A stretch of DNA of 64,000 nucleotides, taken from Proteobacteria bacterium UBA6156. GTDB lineage: Bacteria; Pseudomonadota; Alphaproteobacteria; UBA2136; UBA6156. Below are positions 62,173 through 64,000 of the stretch, one piece after another (the first letter of the stretch is position 1; each line of letters begins with the position of its first letter). The notes beneath the pieces were generated by a model. The model saw only the letters and a program-made list of their open reading frames with translations. It was not told the DNA's origin and searched no databases. Where the stretch lies: contig DIUO01000031.1 of NCBI GenBank assembly GCA_002422365.1, forward strand, positions 11,263 through 75,262, written 5' to 3'. The position numbers were made by a program, and so were the translations under genes.

Positions 62173-62184
62173 GGAGAAACGTAT

Positions 62185-62739
62185 ATGGCTGATGTTTTAT
62201 TGAATATTGTGGATGATAAAGATGAAATTGTTGGAGAAGCATTACGGTCGGTGATTCATCGGCAGGGATTGCTGCACAGGGAAGTGCATGTATGGTATGT
62301 GACGCCTTCTGGTGGGCTGATTTTTCAGCGGCGAAGTGCGAGTAAGGAGACGTACCCGAATTTTTTGGATGCCACTGCTGGAGGGCATGTTGAGCTTGGG
62401 CAGAGTTATGAGGAAGCCGCACTTGCTGAAGTTTTAGAGGAAACAGGATTGGTGCTTAAGAATGATGATTTAATCGAGCTTGGTAAAATTAGCCTTGTAA
62501 ATGACGATAGCGAACGTGGCTTGGTGAACCGGGTGTTCCGGATGATTTATGCTTATCGGTACAGTGGCAAACTTGAAGATTTAGAAATTGAAGCCGAGGA
62601 TGGCGCAGGCTTTGTGGTTTTACCTTATGCTGAGGCGCGAACAGGTGAAAGCGAGTTGGCGCGGCAGATTGTGCCAAGGATATTTGGTACTGATTATGCC
62701 CCTGCTTGGAACGCCTTGGAGAAGGAGTTGGGCATTTGA
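62185..62739 (+). CDS. NUDIX hydrolase (IPP isomerase-like subfamily)
   Basis: 184 aa. HREVHVW..., GGHVELGQSYEEAALAEVLEETGL Nudix-like box. Confidence 0.7.
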   Translation: MADVLLNIVDDKDEIVGEALRSVIHRQGLLHREVHVWYVTPSGGLIFQRRSASKETYPNFLDATAGGHVELGQSYEEAALAEVLEETGLVLKNDDLIELGKISLVNDDSERGLVNRVFRMIYAYRYSGKLEDLEIEAEDGAGFVVLPYAEARTGESELARQIVPRIFGTDYAPAWNALEKELGI

Positions 62740-63314
62740 GGCAGGCGTTTATTCTGCATGGGGTTTGCGATGAGGAGGAGTATTTGCGGATGGAATTTCC
62801 ATCGCCTTCTAACGCGCATTGGTTGCCATGGTTGCAGCAGAAGTTTTTAAGGGCAGGGGTTTTGGCGCAGTGCTTGGAAATGCCGAAGCCGTATAATCCG
62901 GATTATGCAGCGTGGTGCCAGGTGTGGGAGCGGCAGCGATTGGGGCCGGAGGATATTTTGGTAGGGCACAGTGCCGGAGGTGGGTTTTTGGTGAAATGGT
63001 TGAGTGCGAACCCCCAGGTTAAGGTAGGGCAAGTGGTGTTGGTGGCGCCTTGGATGGACCCTAAGCGCGAGTGCGGGGATTTTTTGCTGGGTGAATTGGA
63101 TCCGGCTCTGCCCGAAAGAATTGGGGCTTTGCATGTGTTGATTGCGGACAATGAGGGTGTGGACGGGGTGCCGGAGACGGTGGCACGGCTGTGCAGGGAC
63201 TACCCGCTGGCGCAGTTGCACCGTTTTGCGGGTATGGGGCATTTTTGTGAAAGTGATACGGGGGTAGCGTTTGAGCCTTTGTGGGATATTTGTTCGGTTC
63301 GAAAGGGTTCTTAA
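62736..63314 (+). CDS. alpha/beta serine hydrolase, YdeN/RBBP9-like
   Basis: TTG 62736 lies 8 nt after GAAGGAG and overlaps the upstream stop (TTGA). ILHG..., nucleophile elbow GHSAGG, HW.PWL pattern. Confidence 0.6.
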   Translation: MRQAFILHGVCDEEEYLRMEFPSPSNAHWLPWLQQKFLRAGVLAQCLEMPKPYNPDYAAWCQVWERQRLGPEDILVGHSAGGGFLVKWLSANPQVKVGQVVLVAPWMDPKRECGDFLLGELDPALPERIGALHVLIADNEGVDGVPETVARLCRDYPLAQLHRFAGMGHFCESDTGVAFEPLWDICSVRKGS

Positions 63315-63920
63315 ATGAAAATGTATATTATGCGGCATGGGGAGACGACGGGTGATGTTGAGGGGCGGTTTGGTGGGGCCTATGACGATGCGTTGAGTGA
63401 GGACGGGGTTGCTCAGGCGCGAGGGCTGGCGGATGAGCTGCGGGACAGATTGCGTGAGGATGGGATTGAGCGGATTTTGGCGAGCGACTTGGTGCGGGCG
63501 CAGCAGACGGCGGCGTTTTTGGGTTCGGCTTTGGGTATTGACGTGGACACCGAGCCACGCTGGCGCGAGCGCGACCAGTATGCTGGGTTGAGCGGGATGG
63601 TGAAGGCGGAGGCGCGGCGGGAGCATCCGGAATTGGTGGAGAAGCTGAAAGACAGGTTGTTTACGGCACCCGGGGCCGAGAGTTATGCGGATTTTGCTGC
63701 GCGGATTGCAGCGGTGTTTGACGACGTGGTGGCGGCGGGCAAGCCTGCGGTGCTGGTGGGGCATGGCGGGTGTTTGCGGGTGGTGTTCCGGGATATTTTG
63801 CGGATGGGCGAATTGACGGAGATTGGGGATTGCTGTTGGGTGGAGCTGATACGCGAGGAGGCGGGGTGGCGTGTGGGAGGTTCTCGGCGGATTGGGTTTG
63901 GGTTTAATCAGGAGGTATAA
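63315..63920 (+). CDS. histidine phosphatase family protein (phosphoglycerate mutase-like)
   Basis: MYIMRHGET catalytic RHG motif. SDLVRAQQTA, later GHGG. Confidence 0.8.
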   Translation: MKMYIMRHGETTGDVEGRFGGAYDDALSEDGVAQARGLADELRDRLREDGIERILASDLVRAQQTAAFLGSALGIDVDTEPRWRERDQYAGLSGMVKAEARREHPELVEKLKDRLFTAPGAESYADFAARIAAVFDDVVAAGKPAVLVGHGGCLRVVFRDILRMGELTEIGDCCWVELIREEAGWRVGGSRRIGFGFNQEV

Positions 63921-63922
63921 TC

Positions 63923-64000
63923 ATGGGCGGTAAATTTATTTGCAATGACACGCTACGCATATCCAAAGCACAGGGGTTTCCTGAGTTTCTCTCGTTGGAG
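63923..64000 (+). CDS. hypothetical protein, N-terminal fragment (runs off window)
   Basis: ATG 63923 lies 7 nt after AGGAGG. MGGKFICNDTLRISKAQGFPEFLSLE... is open to the window edge. Confidence 0.4.
   Translation, partial: MGGKFICNDTLRISKAQGFPEFLSLE

Overview
GC-rich chromosomal segment from a proteobacterium with alphaproteobacterial hallmarks (alpha-type Hfq core, ntrY-ntrX, hfq-hflX, HIG1-type twin-TM protein). This lineage call is inference from motifs, with no database search. I support about 66 protein-coding genes, roughly two thirds on the + strand, and most are housekeeping: dusB, fis-like, ntrYX, prfB with its +1 frameshift, cytochrome oxidase subunit III, dsbD-family, kup, hfq, hflX, murA, glyA, accBC, rne, PBP1A, amidase, arfB, hisS, mrp, hflKC and miaA. 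There are also two c-di-GMP signalling proteins. I recognised no rRNA, tRNA, CRISPR array, transposase, integrase or known defence system, and no clear multi-gene novel system. The most unusual content is non-coding. (1) Fifteen heptanucleotide tandem arrays in three families (GTGAACA, GTTAGAR, GTGTTTR) all have the same polarity, and most sit on or next to stop codons. (2) A mosaic family of structured repeats has three long copies and four short hairpin copies. Their stems keep pairing while the sequence changes, and one copy is nested in another. One short copy lies in the accB-accC spacer. (3) The + strand has a strong G>C excess, and codon choice depends on the coding strand. Among coding regions, the notable items are a pair of CxxC-bearing paralogs apparently co-transcribed with zur, and an AT-rich ankyrin-repeat island. 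There is also an AT-rich DUF3137-like gene coupled to coxIII, and several orphan small proteins. All family assignments come from motif recognition by eye and need HMM or BLAST confirmation.
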